Origin: Peristeroidobacter soli | GTDB taxonomy: Bacteria; Pseudomonadota; Gammaproteobacteria; Steroidobacterales; Steroidobacteraceae | Length of the DNA stretch: 32,000 bases | Direction: 5' to 3' | NCBI RefSeq assembly: GCF_004138485.1 | Contig: NZ_RYEV01000005.1 | Location: 636,827-668,826, forward strand | In this document: positions 9,425 to 17,749 of the stretch, in pieces | Numbering within the stretch: position 1 is the first letter of the stretch | How the letters are laid out: each line of letters starts with the position of its first letter | Position numbers and translations under genes: made by a program | Notes under the pieces: model-generated | What the model saw: only the letters and a program-made list of their open reading frames with translations | Told to the model about the DNA's origin: nothing | Databases searched by the model: none

Positions 9425-11083
9425 TTACCTCTGTTCCAGCACCTGGCGCACTTTGGTCGCGAGCTGCTGGATGGTGAAGGGCTTGGGAAGGAACGACACG
9501 TCGCGGTCGAGCATGCCGTTGTGGATGACGGCATTGCGGGTATAACCGGTGGTGTAGAGCACTTTCACGCCGGGCCGCAGCTCGCGTACCCGATCGGCGA
9601 GCTGCTTGCCGTTCATGTCGGGCATCACGACGTCGGTGAACAGCAGATCGAAGGAAACATCCGTTTCCAACATCGCCAGCGCGCGCTTCGCATCGCTCGC
9701 GTGGATGACGGTATAGCCGAGATCTCTCAGCAACTGCACCGACATCTGACGCACGCGGTCCTCGTCCTCGACCACGAGAATGACTTCCGCCGCCGTGCCT
9801 TCCAGCGGGCGATCCGCCGGCTGCGTGGAATGAACCGGCTCGTCCTCGCCGGTGTAGCGGGGCAGGTAGAGCTTCACCGTCGTGCCCTGGCCGAGCTCTG
9901 AATAGATCTTCACATGCCCGCCGGACTGTTTCGCGAAGCCATAGACCTGCGACAGGCCGAGGCCCGTGCCCTGACCGGGCTTCTTGGTCGTGAAGAAGGG
10001 ATCGAAGGCTCGTGACATAACCTCGGCAGTCATGCCTGTGCCCGTATCGCTGACCGCGATGGCCACATACTGACCCGGTCGCACTTCGGCATGGGTCGCG
10101 GCGTAAGCATCGTCGAGATGCGCGTTCATCGTTTCCAGCGTGATCTTGCCGCCGTCGGGCATGGCGTCGCGACCGTTGACGCACAGATTCAGAATCGCAC
10201 TCTCGAGTTGCGGCGGGTCGGCGAACATTCGCCACAGGCCGCCGGCAAGCACCGTCTCCATGCGCACGTTGCCGCCGAGCGTTCGCGTCAGCAACTCCGA
10301 CATGCCGCTCACCAGTTTGTTGGTGTCGACGGGGCGGGGATCGAGCGGCTGCTGGCGGGAGAAGGCGAGCAGTCGTGCGGTGAGCTCGGCGGCGCGCGTG
10401 GCGCCTTCCATCGCATGATCGATGGACCGCGATGCCTTCACTGGATCGCGTGGGAAGTATTTTTTCGCCATGTCGAGCGAGCCGACGATGATGGCGAGCA
10501 TGTTGTTGAAGTCGTGCGCGATGCCGCCCGTGAGCTGACCGACGACTTCCATCTTTTGCATCTGCCTGATCTGCGCTTCCGCGGCGGCTCGCGACGCGAC
10601 CTCGTCGCGCAACTGCTGATTCGCGGCTTCCAGCTCGGCGGTGCGCTCGGCGACACGAGTCTCGAGCAGGTCGTTCATCAAGCGACGTTGCCGATCGTCC
10701 TGTGCATATTCGGCAAATCCGCGATGCATGGCCGCCGTTTGCAACAGAATCACGCCGGCCAGCGTGGCGTAGAAGCCCATGCCAATCCAGTTCGAGATGC
10801 CCGCGCCGGTCAGCGACCAGTCCTGCGGCAACAGGAAGTGGCCAGAAATGAGCGCACCGAGCACCGCGGCCAGCGCCCCGGCCCGCCAACCGAACACAAA
10901 CGCGGTCAGCACGATGGCGACGAAGAACGTGATGAACGGAAAACCTTCCAGGATGCCACTGAGCAGCACCCGCACGTACATGGCCCCGATGCTGGTCAAC
11001 AAGCCAAAGGCATAACCGAGCCAAGCGTGCTCGCGCAGGAATTGCGTGGCTTCGTACCACTTGCGGATGCGTCTGACGAGCAT
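9425..11083 (-). CDS. Hybrid sensor histidine kinase/response regulator
   Basis: N-terminal TM helices; H-box GGIAHDFNNMLAIIVGSLDM; HATPase N, G1 and G2 boxes (NGRDAMPDGG, DTGTGM, GTGLGLS); C-terminal receiver (ILVVEDE...DLLFTDVVMPDMNG...KVLYTTGY). The start is ambiguous between ATG 11083 and GTG 11155. The stop abuts the AKR stop with no intergenic base. Confidence 0.85.
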   Translation of the reverse strand: MLVRRIRKWYEATQFLREHAWLGYAFGLLTSIGAMYVRVLLSGILEGFPFITFFVAIVLTAFVFGWRAGALAAVLGALISGHFLLPQDWSLTGAGISNWIGMGFYATLAGVILLQTAAMHRGFAEYAQDDRQRRLMNDLLETRVAERTAELEAANQQLRDEVASRAAAEAQIRQMQKMEVVGQLTGGIAHDFNNMLAIIVGSLDMAKKYFPRDPVKASRSIDHAMEGATRAAELTARLLAFSRQQPLDPRPVDTNKLVSGMSELLTRTLGGNVRMETVLAGGLWRMFADPPQLESAILNLCVNGRDAMPDGGKITLETMNAHLDDAYAATHAEVRPGQYVAIAVSDTGTGMTAEVMSRAFDPFFTTKKPGQGTGLGLSQVYGFAKQSGGHVKIYSELGQGTTVKLYLPRYTGEDEPVHSTQPADRPLEGTAAEVILVVEDEDRVRQMSVQLLRDLGYTVIHASDAKRALAMLETDVSFDLLFTDVVMPDMNGKQLADRVRELRPGVKVLYTTGYTRNAVIHNGMLDRDVSFLPKPFTIQQLATKVRQVLEQR

Positions 11084-11230
11084 TGGATCGGCGGCGGCCC
11101 GGCGCTGACAAAGCGCGCAATCTAGCAAAGCGCGTGCTTTCCCGACACCCCGCACCGGAACCCGTCGCGTCTCTGGACGATTGCAGAAACGCCTTCGTGC
11201 CGCTGTCCAACCTTGTGTTTCGAGGCTTTC

Positions 11231-11470
11231 ATGGATTTAGTGTCGCTGCTGCAATGGCCCGCGATGGTCATCACCCTGGCCGCCGCCTGGCTGGTCGCCT
11301 CCCAATCCAAGACCCGCCGCAGCTGGGGCTTCTGGACCTTCATCGTCAGCAACGTGCTCTGGATCATCTGGGGCTGGAGCGAGGACGCCTGGGCACTGAT
11401 CGTCCTGCAGGTCGGCCTGTTCGTCCTGAACCTGCGTGGGGCGAAGAAGAATGACCCCGCGGCGGCATGA
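11231..11470 (+). CDS. Small hydrophobic membrane protein (about 3 TM), function unknown
   Basis: 79 aa, MDLVSLLQWPAMVITLAAAWLVASQ...FWTFIVSNVLWIIWGW...LIVLQVGLFVLNL. Trp-rich TM segments; no family assigned. Confidence 0.5.
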   Translation: MDLVSLLQWPAMVITLAAAWLVASQSKTRRSWGFWTFIVSNVLWIIWGWSEDAWALIVLQVGLFVLNLRGAKKNDPAAA

Positions 11471-11483
11471 TCCCGGCGCGAGC

Positions 11484-11492
11484 TGCTAGAAT
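11484..11492 (+). promoter_or_regulatory. Candidate extended -10 promoter (TGcTAGAAT) for tRNA-Arg
   Basis: TGCTAGAAT ends 12 nt upstream of tRNA position 1. No good -35 was seen. Confidence 0.4.
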
Positions 11493-11503
11493 GCCGCCCG
11501 GCT

Positions 11504-11579
11504 GCCCCCGTAGCTCAGTGGATAGAGCGACCGCCTCCTAAGCGGTAGGTCGCAGGTTCAACTCCTGCCGGGGGCACCA
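11504..11579 (+). tRNA. tRNA-Arg (anticodon CCT), with encoded CCA
   Basis: Hand-folded cloverleaf. Acceptor GCCCCCG/CGGGGGC; D arm GCTC-AGTGGATA-GAGC; anticodon arm ACCGC-CTCCTAA-GCGGT (CCT at positions 34-36); variable loop AGGTC; T arm GCAGG-TTCAACT-CCTGC; then ACCA. Confidence 0.9.
11558..11579 (+). repeat. attL core: 22-bp direct repeat (tRNA 3' end)
   Basis: TCAACTCCTGCCGGGGGCACCA recurs exactly at 26842-26863. Confidence 0.85.
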
Positions 11580-11674
11580 GTCCTGCCTCCGAAGCCATCC
11601 GAGGCCGACTGAAAGAACTCGAAAAACCCTAGAATTCCGCCGAAATTCCCGCTGCTGAGATCTGCAGCCATCCG

Positions 11675-11741
11675 TTGACAGCATAGCACCGTCGGGGGTA
11701 TCTGTGGGGGTACCTGCCCAGAAATCGCTCCTGGTACCCCC
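11675..11741 (+). promoter_or_regulatory. Candidate int promoter (TTGACA 11675-11680) overlapped by GGGGGTAYC repeats (11694-11702, 11706-11714, inverted copy 11733-11741)
   Basis: Motifs read directly from the sequence. The same tandem pair occurs at 26768-26788 next to attR. Assigning them as integrase arm-type or operator sites is inference. Confidence 0.4.
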
Positions 11742-11745
11742 ACGC

Positions 11746-13065
11746 ATGGCAATCAACACTCTGACCGATTCAGCCATCAAGGCGGTCAAGGTTTCGGACA
11801 AGCCAGTGAAGCTGTTCGACGGTGCTGGCCTGTTCGTTTTGGTGAAGCCCACGGGCGCAAAGTACTGGCGTCTGAAGTATCGGCATGGTGGGCTCGAGAA
11901 GACGCTGGCGCTCGGCGTCTATCCGGAGGTCTCGCTGAAGCGTGCTCGCGAGAAGCGGGATGAGGCGAGGCAGCTGCTTGATCGGCAGATCGATCCGAGC
12001 TCACTTCGCAAGGCTCACAAGCAGGCGAACAAGGTTGCCAAGGAGAATACGTTCGCGGCGGTGGCCGAGGAGTGGTTCGCTCATTATCGCGAGCAAAGGG
12101 AGCAGGGGCAGAGGGCGCTGTCGCGAGCGACGATCGTCAAGACTCAGTGGCTGTTGAACCTGGCTGAGTATCGGGCGAAGGAGAACAAGGCTGATGCGCC
12201 ACATCCGTTGCGAGCAATCAGCGATCGGGCAATTCAAACTATTTCGAAAGATGACATTGCGGCCGTTATCAATGGCCTGAAGAAGCGGAACAAGATCGAA
12301 ACCGCTCACCGCATGATTGACCGTGTCGAGCGGGTGTTTCGGTATGCCGTTGGCACCGGGCGAATGCAGATCAATCCTGCCGCCGCATTCCGAGACAGCG
12401 CCGATCCGCGGGACAAGCTGCCGCCGCTGGCTGTGAAGAACCACGCGGCGATTACCGAGCCGCGTCGGGTTGGCGAGTTGCTCCGTGCGATTGCCAGCTA
12501 CAGCGGGCAGCCCGTGACTGAGGCTGCGATGAAGCTAGCGCCATACTTGTTTGTTCGGCCGGGCGAGCTTCGCGCGGCTGAGTGGTCGGAATTCGATCTG
12601 ACCGGCGACGACCCAACATGGCGCATTCCAGCGGCGCGAACAAAAACGCGCCGTGAGCATGTCGTGCCGCTCGCGTCGCAGGTTGTTTCGACCCTCAATG
12701 AGCTCCATCCACTGACCGGTCCCGACGGATTGGTGTTCCCATCGCTCACAAACTCCACGCGACCGCTGTCGGAGAACGCGATTACTGCCGCTCTGCGTCG
12801 CATGGGGTATTCCGGCGATGAGATGACCTGGCACGGTTTCCGTACGACCGCGACCACGCTGCTACGTGAGCTGGGCTGGGAGGATGAGTTGATTGAACGG
12901 CAGCTTGGGCACGATGTCGGGAACGATGTGAAGCGGGCCTATGACAAGTCGAAACGGCTGCCGGATCGCCGGAGGATGATGCAGGCGTGGGCTGATTATC
13001 TTGATGGGCTGCGTGTCGGTGGCAAGCCTCCACCGATCCGCGCTCGTGCCGCGCCAACGAGGTGA
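11746..13065 (+). CDS. int: Tyrosine-type site-specific integrase, P4/CP4-57 family
   Basis: The N-terminus MAINTLTDSAIKAVKVSDKPVKLFDGAGLFVLVKPTGAKYWRLKYRHGGLEKTLALGVYPEVSLKRAREKRDEA is the DUF4102 arm-binding domain. The catalytic region contains WHGFRTT and LGHDVGNDVKRAYD. Confidence 0.92.
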   Translation: MAINTLTDSAIKAVKVSDKPVKLFDGAGLFVLVKPTGAKYWRLKYRHGGLEKTLALGVYPEVSLKRAREKRDEARQLLDRQIDPSSLRKAHKQANKVAKENTFAAVAEEWFAHYREQREQGQRALSRATIVKTQWLLNLAEYRAKENKADAPHPLRAISDRAIQTISKDDIAAVINGLKKRNKIETAHRMIDRVERVFRYAVGTGRMQINPAAAFRDSADPRDKLPPLAVKNHAAITEPRRVGELLRAIASYSGQPVTEAAMKLAPYLFVRPGELRAAEWSEFDLTGDDPTWRIPAARTKTRREHVVPLASQVVSTLNELHPLTGPDGLVFPSLTNSTRPLSENAITAALRRMGYSGDEMTWHGFRTTATTLLRELGWEDELIERQLGHDVGNDVKRAYDKSKRLPDRRRMMQAWADYLDGLRVGGKPPPIRARAAPTR

Positions 13066-13178
13066 TCGTCAGATGCTTACCGAGAAAGGAGTGGATGCCA
13101 CTTCTACACATCGCGACACACCGTGCTTGAGCAATCGCCACTGAGCGGTATCGGTAGTTGTTCGATCCCTACTAGAGC

Positions 13179-13251
13179 GCGTCGATTCTGGCACCGCCCT
13201 GGGCCATAACGCGTCGATTCCCGCCGGCTGTACGAAGAAACGCGTCGATTC
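13179..13251 (+). repeat. Three direct repeats GCGTCGATTC at 13179, 13211 and 13242 (31-32 bp phasing)
   Basis: Read directly: GCGCGTCGATTCTGG, AACGCGTCGATTCCCG, AACGCGTCGATTCACA. Confidence 0.7.
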
Positions 13252-13267
13252 ACACAACGAGAGTTCG

Positions 13268-13348
13268 AATTGGCGACCATTTCATTGGTCATCACGTCGA
13301 AATGGCGGCCATTTCTCCGGCCGACGAATGGGAAATGGCGTCCTTTTC
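13268..13348 (+). repeat. Three repeats (A/T)AATGGCGNCC(A/T)TTTC at 13268, 13300 and 13333 (32-33 bp phasing); the middle copy is a perfect 8-1-8 palindrome
   Basis: AATTGGCGACCATTTC, AAATGGCGGCCATTTC (within GAAATGGCGGCCATTTC) and AAATGGCGTCCTTTTC, read directly. They continue the phasing of the preceding repeat set. Confidence 0.7.
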
Positions 13349-14307
13349 TTCTGAACGTCACGACAAACTGCGCAGGCGGGACCAAAAGCGTGTGCCGGGC
13401 ATTCATCGTTTCGTTCTTTCACCCGCGCGGCGTCGTCCGACCAATCAAGAACAGGGGCGGGCGCGCGGAGGCGATGGGGTGCGCATGACAAGCCGCGCCG
13501 ACTTCATCAATTGGAGTGCCAAGTGCGTGTCTGGAATTGCCTCGTGCAAGACAGAGTGATTGCACTGTGGACAACCAACTGCTTGAAAGTGCCCGCCATC
13601 AAACGCTTATAAATCACAGCGCTCTTGCAGAAACATTCTGAGCGACTCAACGCAGAGTTGCATCCCTGTCGCAGCGATGCACGACCGCGCACGAAATTTT
13701 CTTGGAGAAAGCATTGAAAATTGCGCTGGCAAGCGCAGAATGATTGCCGTATCGAAGGATCGTGAATCGATCCGACAGGGCGAAGGCCCTGAGCAGCGCA
13801 AGCCGACGCTACCCAAACCGGCCTGGAATGTCTGGTCCGACTAACCGGTCTAGACCACACGAAATAGCCAGCTAGTCAAGCTGGCACATCTTAAGCCCGC
13901 CCCTTAGATCGCGTGAGCGACCACAGCTCGTTTTGATCCAGTCGCATTCGGCACTGGCTCTAACGTCATGCAAGCCTACGCACGACGTCGAACCACTCGG
14001 CCCACTACGGAATTTGCTCGCGCACCCAGCGGATCAGAGGATCCGGCGCCCCTGTAGCAGCTACCAGGCGTAGCTCCTCAGGACGTTGGTGCACAAGGTC
14101 GAAGCCGCGTCGGCAACGCGGTGTGCTCTCACGACCTGCAATTTCCTGAATCGCGCTCCCGATGGACGGCCCGACGGCCGAAGCCGCGGAAGCGAATGCG
14201 CTTGCCTGAGCGCGAGCACCCAACCCTCAAGTAACTGCCTGGTGTGTAACACCGAACGGAGAGCGCCGATCCCCCAATCCATTTCATTTTCTAACGCGGA
14301 GAAAGTC

Positions 14308-15330
14308 ATGAGTTCCTTCGACAGGCTGAAGACCCGTGGATCACGAGTGATGAGGCTGGGCTATAAAGTTTGGCGCCAGGTGCGCCAAGAGTTTCCAGCG
14401 GCCTTACTGAAGTCCGCGAATGGCGTGCGACTAGTCGGTGCTAAAACCCGGCGCGATCGCGCCATCACGCTGCGTAAATTCGTCTTTTGGGTCGTCGCGG
14501 AGTTTGAGATTCATTCCGTGACGCATCTCAAGCGCAAGCACATCCAGGCATATTGCAAGGATCTGGAGGAGCGAAAGCTGCGTCCTGCGACGATCGCTAC
14601 GGAGCTTTCTCACCTGGCGGTGTTGTTCAGGCAGCTCGGCAAGTCGCAACTGCTGGATGACCGCGACAGTCTCTTTTCGGACCCGAGCATCTTGAGGCGC
14701 AATCTAGTCGCCACAAGAGATAAGTCCATTGAAGGTGCTGGTCTCGATTTCGAGGTGATTTTCGCAGCGGCCGATGCTCTCAACCCGCGTGTGGCAGTCC
14801 AACTGGCGCTCTGTTGGTATTTCGGTCTACGGGCCCAAGAGGCCTGGTGTTTCAGGCCGCATCTAGCAGTGCAGGATGGATTCGTGTGCGTGAACTGGGG
14901 AACAAAGGGCGGCCGCCGACGCTCGCTCTCCGGGCCACTGACGGACGAACAGTGGCATCTGATCGAGCTTGCAAAGACCTTCGCTGCCACAGCGCCGGAG
15001 TCGACGGTGCCGAGAGGGTGTTCGCTCAAGAAGTGGAAGGCCATCTTCTATCGGGTGACCCGAAGAATTGGCCTGACGCGGGCCAAGTTAGGCGTCACGC
15101 CGCATTCCCTTCGACACTCGTACGCCCAGCGCCAGTATCAGCGAGTGACGTGGCATCTGACGCCTGTGCAGGGTGGCACACTGGCTGAGGATGATGGTCC
15201 CGCTGATAGTGCGGCTCGAGAGATTGTTTCCAGCGAGTTGGGGCACTCGCGAGCGTCGATTGCGTCGGCATATATCGGCGGTACCCGTGTGACCGGAGAG
15301 GGAAAAGCCGAGCAGGGCGGGGCAGGTTGA
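14308..15330 (+). CDS. Second tyrosine recombinase-like protein (integrase-domain protein)
   Basis: ATG 14308 after GGAG. Candidate catalytic residues are in YFGLRAQEA (Arg), TPHSLRHSYAQ (His-x-x-Arg) and LGHSRASIASAYIG (His, Tyr). The N-terminal part resembles a SAM-like core-binding domain. Confidence 0.7.
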   Translation: MSSFDRLKTRGSRVMRLGYKVWRQVRQEFPAALLKSANGVRLVGAKTRRDRAITLRKFVFWVVAEFEIHSVTHLKRKHIQAYCKDLEERKLRPATIATELSHLAVLFRQLGKSQLLDDRDSLFSDPSILRRNLVATRDKSIEGAGLDFEVIFAAADALNPRVAVQLALCWYFGLRAQEAWCFRPHLAVQDGFVCVNWGTKGGRRRSLSGPLTDEQWHLIELAKTFAATAPESTVPRGCSLKKWKAIFYRVTRRIGLTRAKLGVTPHSLRHSYAQRQYQRVTWHLTPVQGGTLAEDDGPADSAAREIVSSELGHSRASIASAYIGGTRVTGEGKAEQGGAG

Positions 15331-15448
15331 TCAGGAGGAACATTCGCGAAGAAGGTCTCGGCAATGGAGCCGGGGCCGCTCAGACCCTCTTGCAGATTTG
15401 GTCATCCATGCTATCGCTCGACTGAGTGCACTGACAGTCGAGGCGACT

Positions 15449-15859
15449 ATGCGTGGCAAAGTAAAATGGTTTTCTCGGGAGAAAGGTTACGGCTTCATCA
15501 CAGATGAGCAGGCGCGCGATCACTACTTCTCTGTGCAGGACGTTCGAGGCGCGGACCTGCCGGCGTCCGGAGATCAGGTTCAGTTTCAATCGCAAGATAC
15601 GAGTCAGGGTCTACGAGCGTCGGCAATTCAGTTGGTCGCCCGAAGCGAGGATGGCCGTCGTAGCGATGACCGCGTGAAATGCGGCAACTGTGGAAGGAAG
15701 ATGGTGCCGCGGATCATTAGCTACCAAGGACAAGTTGAGCGATCGGTGTGTCCGTTCTGTGCGGAGACTTATTGCGACTTCTTGCCGCCCTCAACTTCTA
15801 TATGGGGATGGGTTGTGGTGGTGGTCTTTATCTTGGTTGCCTTCATTGGATGGTTCTAG
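15449..15859 (+). CDS. Cold-shock-domain protein fused to a CxxC...CxxC zinc ribbon and a C-terminal TM helix
   Basis: GAGG RBS. MRGKVKWFSREKGYGFITDE (RNP1-like KGYGFI); then KCGNCGRKM...VCPFCAETYC; then IWGWVVVVVFILVAFIGWF at the C-terminus. Confidence 0.75.
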   Translation: MRGKVKWFSREKGYGFITDEQARDHYFSVQDVRGADLPASGDQVQFQSQDTSQGLRASAIQLVARSEDGRRSDDRVKCGNCGRKMVPRIISYQGQVERSVCPFCAETYCDFLPPSTSIWGWVVVVVFILVAFIGWF

Positions 15860-15950
15860 TCCTGAGAATGCGTAGATACAGCTCCATGTGAATCAGTTAC
15901 TTACCGGAGCCTTGCCACCCGAGTCTATGGGCTCTTGCCCGGAGTCATGG

Positions 15951-15997
15951 CCGATGAAATCGTAGACAGGATAGGGAATCCTGTGTACGCTTTCATC
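15951..15997 (+). promoter_or_regulatory. Nested palindromic operator/leader immediately upstream of abiEi
   Basis: The outer arms are GATGAAA...TTTCATC and the inner arms ACAGGAT-N5-ATCCTGT. The element ends 2 nt before the ATG at 16000. AbiEi antitoxins are known autorepressors that bind inverted repeats. Confidence 0.5.
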
Positions 15998-15999
15998 GG

Positions 16000-16596
16000 A
16001 TGAATCGCAGAGCAATTATTCCGGGTCGAAAGGCCTTACCTTCGGCCTTCACCTACACGCAGGCCAGGGCTGCCGGTATCTCGGCCGAGCGGCTGTACGC
16101 CTATCGTTCCCAGGGCCTTATCGATCAGGTCGCCCGCGGGCTGTATCGCTGGGCCGATGCACCCGAGATCGATCAGGATCTATTGGAGATTGCTCATCGC
16201 GCGCCGCAAGGCACGCTCTGCTTGGTCACTGCGCTGGCTCGCCACGGGCTGACGGATATCATTCCGCCACGCATCGACATTGCGCTGCCCCGAGGTAGCC
16301 GCGTTCCAGCGCTGCGCGAGACGATCCAAGTTCACGTCTTCGCTCGAGAAATGTTCGAACTCGGTCGAGATGAGATCAGCATCGGCGATAAACTTTCCAT
16401 CGGCATTTACTCTCCGGAGCGTACGATCGTCGATGTCATTCGGCTGCGACATCGTGAAGGGTCGGTTGTCGCGTGGGAGGCGCTTCGCCGCTGGATTTCG
16501 CGCAAAGGTTCCAAGCCCGCTGCGCTTCTGACGATCGCAAAACACTTTCGCGGCGCGGAAAAGGCTGTCCGGGCGGCACTGGAAGTCGTTTTATGA
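16000..16596 (+). CDS. abiEi: Type IV toxin-antitoxin system antitoxin, AbiEi family
   Basis: 198 aa with an N-terminal wHTH-like FTYTQARAAGISAERLYAYRSQGLIDQVARGLYRW, then LCLVTALARHGLTD. Its stop overlaps the abiEii start (ATGA). Confidence 0.85.
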   Translation: MNRRAIIPGRKALPSAFTYTQARAAGISAERLYAYRSQGLIDQVARGLYRWADAPEIDQDLLEIAHRAPQGTLCLVTALARHGLTDIIPPRIDIALPRGSRVPALRETIQVHVFAREMFELGRDEISIGDKLSIGIYSPERTIVDVIRLRHREGSVVAWEALRRWISRKGSKPAALLTIAKHFRGAEKAVRAALEVVL

Positions 16597-17489
16597 GTCC
16601 AGTGGATCGCACGTCAGTTGCCGGTGCGCGATATCTTGATCTCCAGCGCAAAGCGCGGCTAACCGGGCGACCGACCGACGAATTGATACAGCTATACGCG
16701 CTTGAGTGCTTTCTCGATCGCCTGACGCGGTCCGACTATGAGCAGAAACTAGTGCTCAAGGGTGGGGTGTTGCTCGCGGCTCTCGACGCCCGCCGTCCAA
16801 CAAGAGACATCGATTTGGCTGCTACTGCGCTCCGAAACACGGAGGCCGAGATACTGGGGGTCGTTCGCAAGATTGCTGACATCTCACTGGAAGATGGCAT
16901 TGCGTTCGATCCTGCGCAGGCCACTGCCGAGGTGATTAGAGAGGAGGATGATTACAGTGGCATACGTGTGACGCTCGGCGGAACATTGTCGCGCGCCACG
17001 GTTCGTCTCCATGTTGATGTGAACGTTGGCGATCCGATCTGGCCAGAGCCGCAGCACGTCAGCCTGCCGCGGCTGCTCGATGGGGCTCTACGGGTGCGCG
17101 GATATCCCCTGGAGATGGTGCTGGCCGAGAAGGTTGCGACCGCGATTGTCAGAGGCACGGCGAACACTCGATGGCGCGACTTCGTAGATCTATATACATT
17201 GGCCAGGCGACATCCGGTGAATGGCGCAACCTTCCGCGCCTCTCTTGATCGAGTGGCGCAGTACCGGAAGGTTGCTCTTGCGCCATTGGCTTCCGTGCTG
17301 ATTGGGTACTCGGAAATCGGTCAGGCGCGGTGGAGTGCGTGGCTGAGGAAGCAGAGGCTCGAGACGACGGTACCAACCGAGTTTTCCGCCGTACTGGATT
17401 ACGTTGTTTCGTTTGCCGACCCGATCATCGCTAGTCAGCCGGGCGGGCGCGGAACCTGGAATCCCGAGCGGCGCTGGTGGCATGACTAG
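16593..17489 (+). CDS. abiEii: Nucleotidyltransferase toxin, AbiEii/AbiGii family
   Basis: FLDRLTRSDYEQKLVLKGGVLLAALDARRPTRDIDLAA is the family's NTase motif. It shares a 4-nt overlap with abiEi. Confidence 0.85.
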   Translation: MSPVDRTSVAGARYLDLQRKARLTGRPTDELIQLYALECFLDRLTRSDYEQKLVLKGGVLLAALDARRPTRDIDLAATALRNTEAEILGVVRKIADISLEDGIAFDPAQATAEVIREEDDYSGIRVTLGGTLSRATVRLHVDVNVGDPIWPEPQHVSLPRLLDGALRVRGYPLEMVLAEKVATAIVRGTANTRWRDFVDLYTLARRHPVNGATFRASLDRVAQYRKVALAPLASVLIGYSEIGQARWSAWLRKQRLETTVPTEFSAVLDYVVSFADPIIASQPGGRGTWNPERRWWHD

Positions 17490-17749
17490 CTCGAACCTAT
17501 AACCAACTCATCAAGAGCCGGGATTGAGTGGAACGATGTGCGTTGTTGGAGAGACCGACGATCGGGGCATCAGGCTAGGTATGCCAAACCGGATTGCACA
17601 GGGGCGGCCAGAGATGCGTCTAGGGGCTTGGCGGGCCGGTAGTCATGAGCTGCAATCGTTTGCCGCGAATAAAGACAAACAGTAGGCAAGCGGCTTGTCC
17701 GATAGTCTCAGCGGTCGCGGATATGTGCCGCGATTGAATTGGAGGGCGC

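Noticed and set aside
9372-11210. 612-aa minus-strand ORF overlapping the histidine kinase in another frame
   Set aside because: Its composition is extremely Arg/Ala/Gly-rich with no motifs, typical of an off-frame ORF in high-GC DNA. The 9425-11155 frame carries all the HK and receiver motifs.
13179-13348. Possible CRISPR array, considered because of regularly spaced repeats here and at 28077-28177
   Set aside because: The repeats are only 10-17 bp, degenerate and present in 3-4 copies. The spacers of about 15-20 bp are too short and no cas genes are present. Binding-site arrays are the better explanation.
13507-13860. 117-aa minus-strand ORF, and neighbouring small ORFs, in the non-coding stretch after int
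   Set aside because: No RBS, an odd Cys/Arg/Ser-rich composition and no family resemblance. The region is treated as non-coding pending a search.
14086-14307. 5' extension of the second recombinase ORF to 414 aa
   Set aside because: The extension is Cys/Arg/Ser-rich and lacks an RBS. ATG 14308 has a GGAG RBS and gives a typical-length recombinase.
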